A stretch of 63,978 nt of DNA, filler included, from Candidatus Hydrogenedentota bacterium (lineage in GTDB: Bacteria > JBFMHD01), in NCBI GenBank assembly GCA_040752395.1. It is 11 parts of 11 records of this genome, joined end to end, with 100 filler letters (N's around TTAATTAATTAA, not from the genome) between each part and the next. Parts side by side here need not be neighbours in the genome. Positions count along the whole stretch, not along the records: positions 38,871 to 43,371 come from JBFMHD010000220.1; positions 43,472 to 47,952 come from JBFMHD010000221.1; positions 48,053 to 52,527 come from JBFMHD010000222.1; 8 more parts are not named here. One strand, written 5' to 3'. The notes under the pieces were generated by a model, which was not told where the DNA came from, did not search any database, and was given only the letters and a program-made list of their open reading frames with translations. Position 1 is the stretch's first letter; each line of letters begins with the position of its first letter. Below are positions 41,207-51,461 of the stretch, one piece after another. Made by a program: the position numbers and the translations under genes.

Positions 41207-42018
41207 ATACCAAAAGTTTTAATTCTAATTTAATTTCAGGTCTGATCCTTCTGTCTTTTATTCTATTTTTGTCTGTTATTATTTATCCACTATCTAAATC
41301 AGACCCATTTACCCAGGATTTAGCTCATTCACTAAAATCACCATCAGGAGATTTTCTATTCGGTACAGACACTCTTGGTAGAGATTTGTTTTCACGAACT
41401 TTATATGCTACAAAATACTCTTTTGTGCTTGGTGTAATAATAACATTTTTAACAGTAGTTGCAGGTACACTCATAGCATTGATCTCAGGTTATTTTGGAG
41501 GTTGGTTTGATGAAGTATTGATGCGTATTATGGATTGTATGATGGCGTTCCCATTTTTGTTGCTGGCAATCAGTATCGCTTCATTGTTTGAGCCTGGTAA
41601 TTTTGCTGTGTGTTTTTCTCTTATTATTGCAGGCATTCCTAATGTGGCTCGCCTTGTTCGTGGTAGTGTAATCCAGATTAAATGCCGCGATTTTATCACG
41701 GCTTGTAAATCTGCTGGCGGAAGCAATACTCGTATAATATTTTTACATATCCTCCCCAATATGTTATCAACTATTATCGTTGTTTTTTCTATACGTATAG
41801 GTTCGGTCATTTTATCTGAGGCATCTTTATCATTTTTGGGACTCGGAATACAACCACCAGTGCCTACACTTGGAAGTCTTATTGAAGCAGGAAGCGCATA
41901 TATTTTTGAAGCACCCTGGTGGTCAATATTCCCTGGCATTTTTCTTGCACTAATTGTCTTTGGCTGGAATATACTTGGTGATGCTCTTCGTGATATACTT
42001 GACCCAAGATTACAATAA
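41203..42018 (+). CDS. Peptide/nickel ABC transporter permease (DppC-like)
   Basis: FGTDTLGRDLFSR, EASLSFLGLG and GDALRDILDP. Confidence 0.92.
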   Translation: MNTKSFNSNLISGLILLSFILFLSVIIYPLSKSDPFTQDLAHSLKSPSGDFLFGTDTLGRDLFSRTLYATKYSFVLGVIITFLTVVAGTLIALISGYFGGWFDEVLMRIMDCMMAFPFLLLAISIASLFEPGNFAVCFSLIIAGIPNVARLVRGSVIQIKCRDFITACKSAGGSNTRIIFLHILPNMLSTIIVVFSIRIGSVILSEASLSFLGLGIQPPVPTLGSLIEAGSAYIFEAPWWSIFPGIFLALIVFGWNILGDALRDILDPRLQ

Positions 42019-42021
42019 ATG

Positions 42022-42386
42022 CAGTAGAGAGTAGAGAGAAGACAGGAGACAGAAGTTAGGAGTTGAGGAGTTGAAGAGTTAAAGAATGTATGGAGTTTTT
42101 GGGTTATTGGGTTCTTGGGTTATTGGGTTTTTGCGCTCTACACAAAGTATGAAAAACTAAAGATGATATGAAAAGAGTTGTGAGTCGCAAGTCGTGAGTC
42201 AAAACAGGACTCGAGACTCAAGACTCAAGACTTTTCAGCAGGCTCCGGGCTTCGGGCTCCAGCCGGCTGTAGCCTGTAGCCTGTCCTCATACTTCTCACT
42301 TCCCACTTCTTACTTCTTACTTTTTTCGTTATCTTGCTTCTTGCTTCTACTTGATATTATTATAGTTACAATGTTTTTCAGAGAAG
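42022..42386 (+). repeat. Near-complete repeat copy upstream of nfi
   Basis: Core modules in order; terminal module GAGAAG 3 nt before ATG 42390. Confidence 0.9.
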
Positions 42387-42389
42387 AAT

Positions 42390-43058
42390 ATGGATTTAGG
42401 TTCTCTTGTTTTTATACAGAAAAAAATAGCAGAAAGAGTAAAGATAAAAAGATTAATTAGAAAAAATATTAATAATATTGGGTTCTGTGATGTCTCATAT
42501 CCTAAAAATCAAAAAAAATTGAATGCAGTAATAGCCATTTATAATCGTTATACCTGGAAGATCGTTGAAAAAATTGCTGTAAAAGAAAAGATATCTTTTC
42601 CTTATATAAGTGGTTTCTTAAGTTTCAGGGAAGCACCAGCTATTGTCAAAGCTTTTAAAAGACTTAAAATTAAGCCTGATTTACTTGTTCTTGATGGTCA
42701 GGGATTAGCGCATCCTCGTGGCTGCGGAATAGCAACACATATCGGTGTTATGCTTAATATCCCAACAATCGGCATAGCTAAATCACATCTTGCTGGTAGT
42801 ATAGTTCCAGCACCCTTGAGCATTACCAAAAAACAGCGGGTCCAAAGAACAGAAATATATGGCTTAAAAATTAGAAATAAACAGGTCGGCTGGGTAATAT
42901 ATACTCCTTCATCAAAACATCCGGTGTATCTATCAATAGGCTATCTTATTAGTCTTTTTGATTTATTATGGTTGTGGGAGATGATGCCGCGTAAATACAG
43001 GCTCCCTGAACCAGTTAGAGAGACGCATATATATAGTAAGGCAGAAGACAGAAGATAA
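42390..43058 (+). CDS. nfi: Endonuclease V
   Basis: DVSY, FPYISGFLSFREAP, DGQGLAHPRGCGIATHIG and RLPEP. Confidence 0.93.
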   Translation: MDLGSLVFIQKKIAERVKIKRLIRKNINNIGFCDVSYPKNQKKLNAVIAIYNRYTWKIVEKIAVKEKISFPYISGFLSFREAPAIVKAFKRLKIKPDLLVLDGQGLAHPRGCGIATHIGVMLNIPTIGIAKSHLAGSIVPAPLSITKKQRVQRTEIYGLKIRNKQVGWVIYTPSSKHPVYLSIGYLISLFDLLWLWEMMPRKYRLPEPVRETHIYSKAEDRR

Positions 43059-43332
43059 AAAGATACAAAGATTAAAATTTTTTTCTGATACTTCTCACTT
43101 CTTTCGTTATCTTTCTTTTCCGTTATCTTGCTTCTTGCTTCTACTTGATATCTTTAGAGTTACAATGTTTTCGAAGGAGTCAACATGAGCGCGTTTGCGC
43201 TCTACACAATATATGAAAAACTAAAGATGATATGTTGGCTTCAGTCTCCGGGCTTCGGGCTCCAGCCGGCTGTAGTCCGTAGCCCGTAGCCTGTACCCCG
43301 AATTATTAGAGTTACAGCGTTTTTCAGAGGAG
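43040..43332 (+). repeat. Two tandem repeat copies (two terminal modules) near contig end
   Basis: ...TTTTCGAAGGAG-TCAAC-ATGAGCGCGTTTGCGCTC..., then ...TTTTTCAGAGGAG. Confidence 0.88.
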
Positions 43333-43471
43333 ATGCCTATCTGTAAATTAGACAGACTCGCAACTCGAAACNNNNNNNNNNNNNNNNNNNNNNNNNNNNN
43401 NNNNNNNNNNNNNNNTTAATTAATTAANNNNNNNNNNNNNNNNNNNNNNNNNNNNNNNNNNNNNNNNNNNN

Positions 43472-43683
43472 CAAAGGATATTAGGGGATGGGTCATAGGG
43501 GATGGGGTATATTAGGGGGCGGCGGTTAGGGGTTAGGGGTCGGGAGTCGAGAGTCGTGAGTCAAAACAGGACTCGAGACTCAAGACTTTTCAGCAGGCTC
43601 CGGGCTTTTGGCTCCAGCCGGCTGTAGTCCGTAGCCTGTAGCCTGTACCCCGAATTATTAGAGTTGCGAAGTTTTTCAGAGGA
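43472..43683 (+). repeat. Repeat copy with a G-rich (TTAGGGG) module, supplying the SD of the UGPase gene
   Basis: GGGG tracts, (ACTCAAG), CAGCCGGCTG and ...TTTTTCAGAGGA-TGAT-ATG 43688. Confidence 0.88.
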
Positions 43684-43687
43684 TGAT

Positions 43688-44758
43688 ATGAATATAAACA
43701 AATTACATCAGGTATTTGAAGAATTAAAAGAAAAGTTTGTAAATGGTGAATTCACATTTGAGGATAATATAATCAAAGGAAAGATAGAACCACCAAGTGT
43801 AAAAGATTTTCTTAATATTAAAAGACTCGATGAAACAATAAAAAAGAAATATTTTGAAAAAGGCAAGGATGCGATAAAAAATAATCGACTCGGGTGTGTC
43901 ATTATGAATGGTGGGATGGCTACAAGATTTGGGAGTGGTGTAAAAGGTATAGTTGAGGTATATGATGGTAAGAGTTTTTTACAGATCAAATTAGAAAAGA
44001 TAAAGAGGGTTATGGCTGAATACAATGCGGTTGTGGAGATATTCATTATGAATTCGTTTGCAACAGCGAAACAAACAACAGAGTATTTAACAAAAAACAG
44101 TTTTTTCGGGATTGATAAAAATAATATACATTTTTTTAATCAATACAAATTTCCAAGGCTGCGGAGCGATGGTAGTTTTTTTACAAGTAGCGAGAAAGAG
44201 GAGAATAATTACTATGGACCCGGACACGGAGACTTTATTTATACGTTCCGAGAATCAGGACTGCTTGATAACTTTGTGAATTCTGGAGGCAGCTATCTCT
44301 GGTATTCTAATGTTGATAATTTAGGCTCAACGATAGACCCTGTTATTTTAGGAGCTCATATAGAAAGTATTTGTGAGATGACAGTGGAGTTAGCAGAAAA
44401 AGTTAAAGGAGATAAAGGTGGCGCACCAGCAATAGTTAATAATAAACTTCAGATTGTTGAAGGGTTTCAATTCCCGGAAACGTTCAACCAGGATAGTATT
44501 ACAATATTTAATACAGCGACTTATATATTTAATGCCGGGGCATTAAATAAGGATGTAACTCTGCCGTTTTACGTTGTAAAAAAGAATGTAGAGGGTGTGG
44601 ATGTTATTCAGTTTGAGCGGCTTACTGGTGATTTATCAGTATTTTTAGAATGTTTTTACATAATTGTACCGCGTGAAGAGCGGTTCTTTCCTATAAAGAC
44701 AAAAGAGGATTTAGAGAACCAGCGAGAAAAATTAAAAGAGAGATTTGAAAAAGATTGA
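43688..44758 (+). CDS. UTP--glucose-1-phosphate uridylyltransferase, UDPGP (eukaryote-like) family; start 43688
   Basis: MNGGMATRFG, GPGHGD, SNVDNLG, KGG, FNT and RFFPIK. Confidence 0.85.
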   Translation: MNINKLHQVFEELKEKFVNGEFTFEDNIIKGKIEPPSVKDFLNIKRLDETIKKKYFEKGKDAIKNNRLGCVIMNGGMATRFGSGVKGIVEVYDGKSFLQIKLEKIKRVMAEYNAVVEIFIMNSFATAKQTTEYLTKNSFFGIDKNNIHFFNQYKFPRLRSDGSFFTSSEKEENNYYGPGHGDFIYTFRESGLLDNFVNSGGSYLWYSNVDNLGSTIDPVILGAHIESICEMTVELAEKVKGDKGGAPAIVNNKLQIVEGFQFPETFNQDSITIFNTATYIFNAGALNKDVTLPFYVVKKNVEGVDVIQFERLTGDLSVFLECFYIIVPREERFFPIKTKEDLENQREKLKERFEKD

Positions 44759-44811
44759 CAATTTAATGAAAAAATTGTAAATTAAAAAATATAAATACAA
44801 GGGCCAGAGAT

Positions 44812-46290
44812 TTGAAAAAATTATTGTTTATTTGGTTACTTTATACTTTTTTGCTGTGCTCAGTTATATTCTCTCAAGAAGAGGAGATAGAGGAACGGAA
44901 ACGGATTATTGAAGAGGAGCGTATATGGGAGTTATCGACTACTGAGATTAGCGGCATATCTGGTTCACGCTCTAAATTGATAAGTGATTTCCAGGCCCGA
45001 ACTAATACAGAGATATATTACGGTGGTTGGTTTACTTACTCACATACCTTTTTTAAAAATGCGGATAAAAATAAAAATACCCAGGATACTTTAAGATATA
45101 TCGATTCTTATGATTTAAGGCTATGGACCAGGATTGAGCGACCAAAACATAATGACCTTGTATATTCACGTGTTAAATTTTTCTGGAATGATAGAGAATA
45201 TATACAGGGGAGATACATAGCTGCGGCAAAAGAGGTTTATGATGCTACAAGACTTGATATGGGTTATTATGAGAAAAAATGGAATGGTTTAAAGCATTTC
45301 AGAAATATAAAACTTACGTTAGGCAGGCGGCAATTTAGAGTTGGGCGTGGTATAGCATATAGTGGAGTGAATGATGGTGTAGATCTTCAATTAAATCATA
45401 AATCGGGTTTTAATTTTGATATTTCAGCATCAAAGATAATCCGTTCTAAAAATGATTTAGATAGTTCACGGCCGTATCCTGGCAAAAACTGGTCAAGACG
45501 ATATTTTTACGCTTTAGAGATAGATAAAAAATGGCATCCTAAACATACGATTGATGTATATGGCTTAATCCAGAGAGACCACAACAAAGAAGTACCTGAA
45601 AATAGAAACCTTGAATATGATTATGATTCTGAATATTATGGTATATATCTCAAAGGTGAATTAATCAGTAATTTAAAATACTGGGGTGAATTTATAAAAG
45701 AAGAGGGACATAGTTATGCAACCGGTACAAATGCGAACCCGAATCTACAGTTTAAGGAGAATATTGATGCTTATGCCTTTGTTTTAGGAATGCAATATTT
45801 TGCTGATAAGTTATATGGGAAACCATCGCTTGTTGTTGAGTATGCAGAAGCATCTGGTGATACAGATAGACAGAGTGTCTCAAATACTGTTAATGGTAAT
45901 TTAAGGAGAACTGAGGATGAATGCTTTATACCGTTTGGTATTTTCCCAAGCGGTGCGGCTTCTTCTTTTAAGTTTTCAAACCTGCATATATTAAAAGTTG
46001 GTGCGAATATCAAACCATTAGAAAAAATAGAAATTTTTAAAGATTTTATGTTTACGTATGAGTATTACAGATATAAAGCTGATGAGAGTGCAGGCGCAAT
46101 AAGTGATGCATTAGCTGACCTTGTTGATAAAGACATAGGCAAAGAACATGATTTTATTATTTCCTGGAGACCGTTATCAGATTTGAAGATTAGTTTCAAA
46201 TATGGTAGATTTAAGCCCGGGAATGCATATTTATTAACAAACAGGGATAGCAAGACCTACTGGAATCTGAGCACAACTTTAGATTTTTAA
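44812..46290 (+). CDS. Outer-membrane beta-barrel, alginate-export-like
   Basis: Signal peptide, LGRRQF..GRG, ASGD, IGKEHDF, C-terminal F. Confidence 0.7.
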   Translation: MKKLLFIWLLYTFLLCSVIFSQEEEIEERKRIIEEERIWELSTTEISGISGSRSKLISDFQARTNTEIYYGGWFTYSHTFFKNADKNKNTQDTLRYIDSYDLRLWTRIERPKHNDLVYSRVKFFWNDREYIQGRYIAAAKEVYDATRLDMGYYEKKWNGLKHFRNIKLTLGRRQFRVGRGIAYSGVNDGVDLQLNHKSGFNFDISASKIIRSKNDLDSSRPYPGKNWSRRYFYALEIDKKWHPKHTIDVYGLIQRDHNKEVPENRNLEYDYDSEYYGIYLKGELISNLKYWGEFIKEEGHSYATGTNANPNLQFKENIDAYAFVLGMQYFADKLYGKPSLVVEYAEASGDTDRQSVSNTVNGNLRRTEDECFIPFGIFPSGAASSFKFSNLHILKVGANIKPLEKIEIFKDFMFTYEYYRYKADESAGAISDALADLVDKDIGKEHDFIISWRPLSDLKISFKYGRFKPGNAYLLTNRDSKTYWNLSTTLDF

Positions 46291-46302
46291 ACAAGATGAT
46301 CT

Positions 46303-46346
46303 AAGCAAGATAACGGAAAGAAAGATAACAAAAGAGGCAAGAAGCG
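46303..46346 (-). repeat. Inverted (CTTGCTT)/CCGTTATC repeat fragment
   Basis: AAGCAAGATAACGGAAAGAAAGATAAC...GCAAGAAGC. Confidence 0.75.
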
Positions 46347-46348
46347 AG

Positions 46349-46834
46349 ATGAAGATATTTATGAGAAGATTAATTCTAAGTTTGATTACAATTTTATTTA
46401 TCGTTAACACTCTTTATGCTAAAGGAACTAATAAAAGTACAACCAAGTATTTTCGTGAGCTTGCAAAGAGGGATTATGTGACTTTAGCTGATGCTTGTCT
46501 GGCTTTGTGTTTACTCCTTGATGGACCTAAAGAAAAAGATTTTGAGTTCCAGCTGGAGTTTTTGAAAAAGAAGAAAATATTGTTTAAAGAAACGCCAACT
46601 GACCCTAAAATCAGGTTAGCTAAAGGCACTGTTGCTGTAATGTTATGTAAGGCATTGAAGATAAAGGGTGGGATAATGCTACGGCTCTTCCCTGATAATC
46701 AAAAATATGCATTAAAGGAACTGGTTTATTTAAAACTTATCGGTGATGACAGTATTAATGAGTGGATAAGCGGTAAAGAACTAATAGGATGGCTGGATAA
46801 AGCAACTGAATATAGAAAAGAACATTATAAATAG
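46349..46834 (+). CDS. Exported hypothetical protein
   Basis: Signal peptide; 161-aa ORF. Confidence 0.65.
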   Translation: MKIFMRRLILSLITILFIVNTLYAKGTNKSTTKYFRELAKRDYVTLADACLALCLLLDGPKEKDFEFQLEFLKKKKILFKETPTDPKIRLAKGTVAVMLCKALKIKGGIMLRLFPDNQKYALKELVYLKLIGDDSINEWISGKELIGWLDKATEYRKEHYK

Positions 46835-47124
46835 GTGCCAGGGCCGGCTTTGTTTCCCCTCGACTGCTAATCCTGAAGACACTGAATGGCAGAAGGCTCT
46901 TAAGAGAAAATAAGTGGTTATTTTGTGATGAGAGAATCAATAAGATATCTGGATAATGCAAAAGAGATATTAAAGGGTGTAAAGATAGAGAATAATATTT
47001 ATGGCTCTTCTCCAATTTGATACAGTAAAATACTAACTAAAACCAGATGCTTGAAATATCTTTAAGATGAAGTAATGTTGATCATGGAAACCATAAGCAC
47101 ATCTATCGTATTAAACCAATCGTA

Positions 47125-47322
47125 TTATTGGTAGCCTCTATCTTTGCAGTATTGATTGGATAAAGACAATAATTCAGGATCAAAGAGGGCTAAATCCCGA
47201 ATTTGTCTCCGTTCTCTACGATTAGGACTTGCAGGTGTTTGACATGAGGAACATAAATAGCCAAAACGTTTATCACGATCAACGTGAATAATCACTGTTT
47301 TTAGCTCTTCACTTACACTCAT
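47125..47322 (-). pseudogene. Possible ISL3-family transposase N-terminal zinc-finger fragment
   Basis: CSSC...RQIRDL motif followed by early truncation. Confidence 0.45.
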
Positions 47323-47426
47323 AATGTCAAATATTTAGTGCAAAAAGTTTATCTGGGCACTTCTTCCATTTAACATTATAATAGTTAAAAATAGCAAAAA
47401 GAATACGTTCACAACTTGCCTTATTC

Positions 47427-47875
47427 TTAAATGAGGGTATTGCCTTCGTCACTACGATTAATTTTATCTTTTACATTACGGGTTAAGTGAACCCAACACC
47501 GTTGCACAAGCGTGTATGGATATATCTTCTCCAAAGCTTTATGTAAACCCGGACTACCGTCAGATATAATCAGCTTTAACATATTCCCTATTTGTCTGCA
47601 ACGAGCTACTCGAAGTCTCTCTATGAGCCCAAACTCTGTCTCTAAATCACGATAATTCACACCACACCGGTAATCCACCCGCTTTTCGTCTCGTGCATAT
47701 CTGCCAGCACAAAGATAACGTGTGAGATCTGCGCTTATAGCTGCTTCTAAGGTTTTCTTTAACATCTCTAAATATTGGGGTTCAAATCTCCCCAGATATC
47801 CTCCTCTTCGACCTTGACTTCTTTCCATAAGTCTGATTCTGTTAAGGCTGTTAACAGCTTACTCATGCTTTTCAT
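47427..47875 (-). mobile_element. Degenerate IS256 (Mutator-type) transposase remnant
   Basis: R.DYR.G...RDLETEFG, LIISDG.PGL, VQRCWVHLTRNV; upstream AGGAGG-ATG(47875) is in another frame; internal region missing. Confidence 0.8.
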
Positions 47876-48052
47876 AGGGTATGTTCCTCCTTTTTAAGAG
47901 TTTTTATACTTAATTAAGGAAGAATATGCCCTTTTTTATTTCTTTTCAATATNNNNNNNNNNNNNNNNNNNNNNNNNNNNNNNNNNNNNNNNNNNNTTAA
48001 TTAATTAANNNNNNNNNNNNNNNNNNNNNNNNNNNNNNNNNNNNNNNNNNNN

Positions 48053-48233
48053 CTTTGTAACTCTAATAATTCGGGCTACAGCCTACAGGCTACAGCCGGC
48101 TGGAGACAAAAGCCCAAAGCCTGCTGAAAAGTCTTGAGTCTCGAGTCCTGTTTTGACTCACGACTTGCGACTTGTGACTCTTTTCATATCATCTTTAGTT
48201 TTTCATACTTTGTGTCTCTGTGCCTTTGTGCCT
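48053..48233 (-). repeat. Repeat copy co-oriented with the hnd-like operon, running into the contig end
   Basis: Reverse complement of (GGCACA..)n, (GTCGCAA), (ACTCAAG), CAGCCGGCTG and the terminal module. Confidence 0.88.
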
Positions 48234-48237
48234 TCCT

Positions 48238-49152
48238 TTACTTAATATAAACCACAAACTCCAAATTAGTACCTACACCGACCTTTGAATCAATCTTCAT
48301 CTCGTCAGTACTATTCTTTATATTGGGCAACCCCATACCTGCACCAAACCCCATCTCTCTTACCCAGTCCTGTGCAGTAGAGAATCCTGGCTGCATAGCT
48401 TTTTCTATATCAAGTATGCCTGGTCCTTTATCAATAGCATTAACTTTAATTTTTTTCTCTTCTACTTGAGCAATAATTTCGCCGCCCTCAGTAAAAATAA
48501 TAATATTCATCTCAGCTTCACAAGCTGCTATTACGACTCTTCTTGCAATCTTGGGTAATATACCAAGTCTCAACAGATTAACTTTTAAATAACCGCTCTG
48601 TTCGCCAGCTTTCTGGTAATTCCCGCCTGCTACCTTATATTTTAATATTATTGTCGTGTCATCTGACCTGATGTCTTCAAATAAATGACTTGCCCTGTAT
48701 TTATGAATCTCTTCTTCATGATAATTTATCTCAAGTTCTTTAAGAAGACATTTAATAATATCGCCCTTTGTGATTATGCCGATTAGTTTTTCTGTTTCTT
48801 TATCAATAACGGGAAATCTCCCGTATCCCAACTTATCAAACTTACTTATAGCATGAATCAATGGTTCGTTATTGTACAATACTTTAACGTCTGTAGTCAT
48901 ACTCTCTTTCACTTTTTTATCTATTCCGCCATCCATAATGCAATTTATGAAATTTTCTATACTTATAATACCTATCAATTTTTCGTCTTCAACCACCGGC
49001 AATCCTGATATTCGTTTTTCTTTAAGTATTTTCCTTACCTCGACCATAGTATCATCTGGTTTTACATAAATAATATCAGAGACCATAGCCTGTTCAACTT
49101 TAAGTTCGTATGCTAATTCCTGAATCTTTGACGGTGCTGTCTTATCTTTCAT
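48238..49152 (-). CDS. CBS-pair + RsbT-like HATPase Ser/Thr kinase fusion
   Basis: Two CBS domains, then EAEMNIII, DKGPGI and GFGAGMGLPN. Confidence 0.85.
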   Translation of the reverse strand: MKDKTAPSKIQELAYELKVEQAMVSDIIYVKPDDTMVEVRKILKEKRISGLPVVEDEKLIGIISIENFINCIMDGGIDKKVKESMTTDVKVLYNNEPLIHAISKFDKLGYGRFPVIDKETEKLIGIITKGDIIKCLLKELEINYHEEEIHKYRASHLFEDIRSDDTTIILKYKVAGGNYQKAGEQSGYLKVNLLRLGILPKIARRVVIAACEAEMNIIIFTEGGEIIAQVEEKKIKVNAIDKGPGILDIEKAMQPGFSTAQDWVREMGFGAGMGLPNIKNSTDEMKIDSKVGVGTNLEFVVYIK

Positions 49153-49223
49153 AAAATCCTGTATCTCTATACCTTAACCTTTTCAACAACCCAAGAACCC
49201 AAAAACCCAAAACCCAATAACGC

Positions 49224-49577
49224 TCATATCTCCGAACATCCTATAAGACCTTCTTTATATAACTTGCCGCAACTTTCATACATTGGCAAATCAGTAGCGA
49301 GTAGAACCATCTGGCGCTCGGCCGCAAGTTCTATCATTTCCTTGTCAGGTTTCTTGCCCCTTACAAAACATATCACTTTTATATCCACAGCATCGGCTGT
49401 GTATATAGTCTGTGGTGTAGTTAATCCTGTAAGAAGCAATGTGTTATCACTCTTTACATGAGCCAGAACATGACTCATAAGGTCACAACCGCAAGCCATC
49501 TTCACTTCACTCTCTAAAAATTTTTCACCCGTAATCACTTCCGCATCAAGTATCTCTCTCACTCTCTTTATTTTCAT
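49224..49577 (-). CDS. DRTGG-domain protein
   Basis: GCDLMSHVL, LLLTGL, FVRGKKP; typical of hydrogenase-associated regulatory loci. Confidence 0.8.
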   Translation of the reverse strand: MKIKRVREILDAEVITGEKFLESEVKMACGCDLMSHVLAHVKSDNTLLLTGLTTPQTIYTADAVDIKVICFVRGKKPDKEMIELAAERQMVLLATDLPMYESCGKLYKEGLIGCSEI

Positions 49578-51451
49578 TATTTTTTCTTCCTTTCAGAACA
49601 TAAAACCGGTCCTGGCAGTTTTTCCAGTGATTCGATCTCCTTGGTACCAGAGACTTTGATCACGGCACCAACTTTTGGTGGACAGACTTCAAAGCACTGA
49701 CCACATTTTGTGCATTTTGAAGCATCTATAATATGAACATACTTGGGTTGACCCGTTATGGCATTGACCGGACAGATTTTGAAACACTGCTGACAACCGA
49801 TACATTTGTCAGGATTGATATAATACTGTATCAGATTTTTACATACGAGTGCGGGACACTTTTTATCCCTCACATGCGTTTCATATTCTTCTCTAAAATA
49901 TCGTAATGTAGATAGAACCGGGTTGGGTAAAGTCTGACCCAGTCCACACATAGAAGCATCCTTAATTGTCTGTCCGAGTTCGGAAAGAAACTCTATATCA
50001 CCATCGCTGGCCTGACCGTCTGCTATGCGGCTAAGCACCTCTAACAATGCTTCGCTACCATCACGACAGGACACACATTTGCCACAGGATTCATCATTGG
50101 TGAACTGTATAAAAAATTTTGCTACGTCAACTATACAGGTGTCTTCATCCATAACTATCATACCACCAGACCCCATCATCGAACCCGCCTCTGTCAATGA
50201 TTCGTAATCTATTGGTAAATCAAGCAAGCTTGCAGGTATACATCCGCCTGATGGACCACCTGTCTGCACTGCTTTGAATTGTTTACCGCCAGGTATTCCT
50301 CCACCTATTTCATATACTATTTCACGTAATGTTATACCCATAGGTACTTCAATAAGCCCGGTATTGCTGATTTTACCAACAAGCGAAAATATTTTTGTAC
50401 CTTTGCTTGTTCTGGTACCGATGCTTGAAAACCAATCCGCACCACGACATATTATTACAGGTACATTTGCCAGAGTCTCCACATTGTTTATAAGTGTAGG
50501 ATACCCCCATAGACCTGACTCTGCGGGGAATGGTGGCCGCTGCCGTGGTTCCGGAATATTCCCTTCAATCGATCGTATAAGTGATGTCTCTTCACCACAG
50601 ACGAATGCACCTGAACCTTCCCGTATCTCGATATCAAAATTAAATCCAGAACCGAGTATATCGTTACCCAAAAGACCATACTCTCGTGCCTGTGATAAAG
50701 CGACCTTCATTCTTGAGATAGCCAGCGGGTATTCAGTACGTATGTATATGAAGCCCTGATGAGCACCAATGGCAAAGCCGGCAATAGTCATACCTTCTAT
50801 AACTGAATGTGGGTCAGACTCAAGCAGACTGCGGTCCATATATGCGCCAGGGTCACCTTCATCACAGTTTGCGATAAGATATTTAGGCGTTTTGTTCTGT
50901 GCTCTGGTAATCTGCCATTTACGACCGGTTGGAAACCCTGCGCCACCACGACCTCGTAACCCTGAGTTCAGTATTTCAGTTATAATCTGCTCCTGTGTCA
51001 TAGAACTCAGAACTTTCTCTAATGCAACATATCCTTCTCTTGCTATATAATCCTGTATTTTTTCAGGATCTATAATACCTTTGTTGCGTAAGACTATAAG
51101 CAGCTGTTTTTTGAAGAAAGATATGTCCGAGAGGAGAGGTATGGGTTCTTTCTTTTCAGGTGGGATGAACATCAATTTTTTAACAGGTCTGCCCTTAAGA
51201 AAATGTTCTTCTACAAGATGTGGTATGTCATCAACTTTAAGCCAGCCGTAAAATATGTTATCGGGTATAACAACCATTAATGGACCCTGACCACAAAATC
51301 CATTACAACCAGTTGCCACAACAGATACCTCATCCTGTAGTCCGCGTACAGTTAGCTCTTTTTTCAAAGCGTCTATAATCTGGAACGCGGCACCCGCAAC
51401 ACAACTAGTACCTGTACAGACCATCAATTCTATCCGTTTTTTCTCCACCAT
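49577..51451 (-). CDS. NADH-binding subunit, NuoF/HndC/HydB-like
   Basis: N-terminal 2Fe-2S, GLRGRGGAGFPTG, NCDEGDPGAYMDR, GAFVCGEETSL, ESCGKCVSCR and C-terminal 2x[4Fe-4S]. Confidence 0.93.
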   Translation of the reverse strand: MVEKKRIELMVCTGTSCVAGAAFQIIDALKKELTVRGLQDEVSVVATGCNGFCGQGPLMVVIPDNIFYGWLKVDDIPHLVEEHFLKGRPVKKLMFIPPEKKEPIPLLSDISFFKKQLLIVLRNKGIIDPEKIQDYIAREGYVALEKVLSSMTQEQIITEILNSGLRGRGGAGFPTGRKWQITRAQNKTPKYLIANCDEGDPGAYMDRSLLESDPHSVIEGMTIAGFAIGAHQGFIYIRTEYPLAISRMKVALSQAREYGLLGNDILGSGFNFDIEIREGSGAFVCGEETSLIRSIEGNIPEPRQRPPFPAESGLWGYPTLINNVETLANVPVIICRGADWFSSIGTRTSKGTKIFSLVGKISNTGLIEVPMGITLREIVYEIGGGIPGGKQFKAVQTGGPSGGCIPASLLDLPIDYESLTEAGSMMGSGGMIVMDEDTCIVDVAKFFIQFTNDESCGKCVSCRDGSEALLEVLSRIADGQASDGDIEFLSELGQTIKDASMCGLGQTLPNPVLSTLRYFREEYETHVRDKKCPALVCKNLIQYYINPDKCIGCQQCFKICPVNAITGQPKYVHIIDASKCTKCGQCFEVCPPKVGAVIKVSGTKEIESLEKLPGPVLCSERKKK

Positions 51452-51461
51452 TTTATCACCC

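Noticed and set aside
50274-51050. Antisense ORFs opposite hndC, clpC, ppdK, the permeases and others
   Set aside because: Shadow ORFs of well-supported genes with no recognisable motifs.
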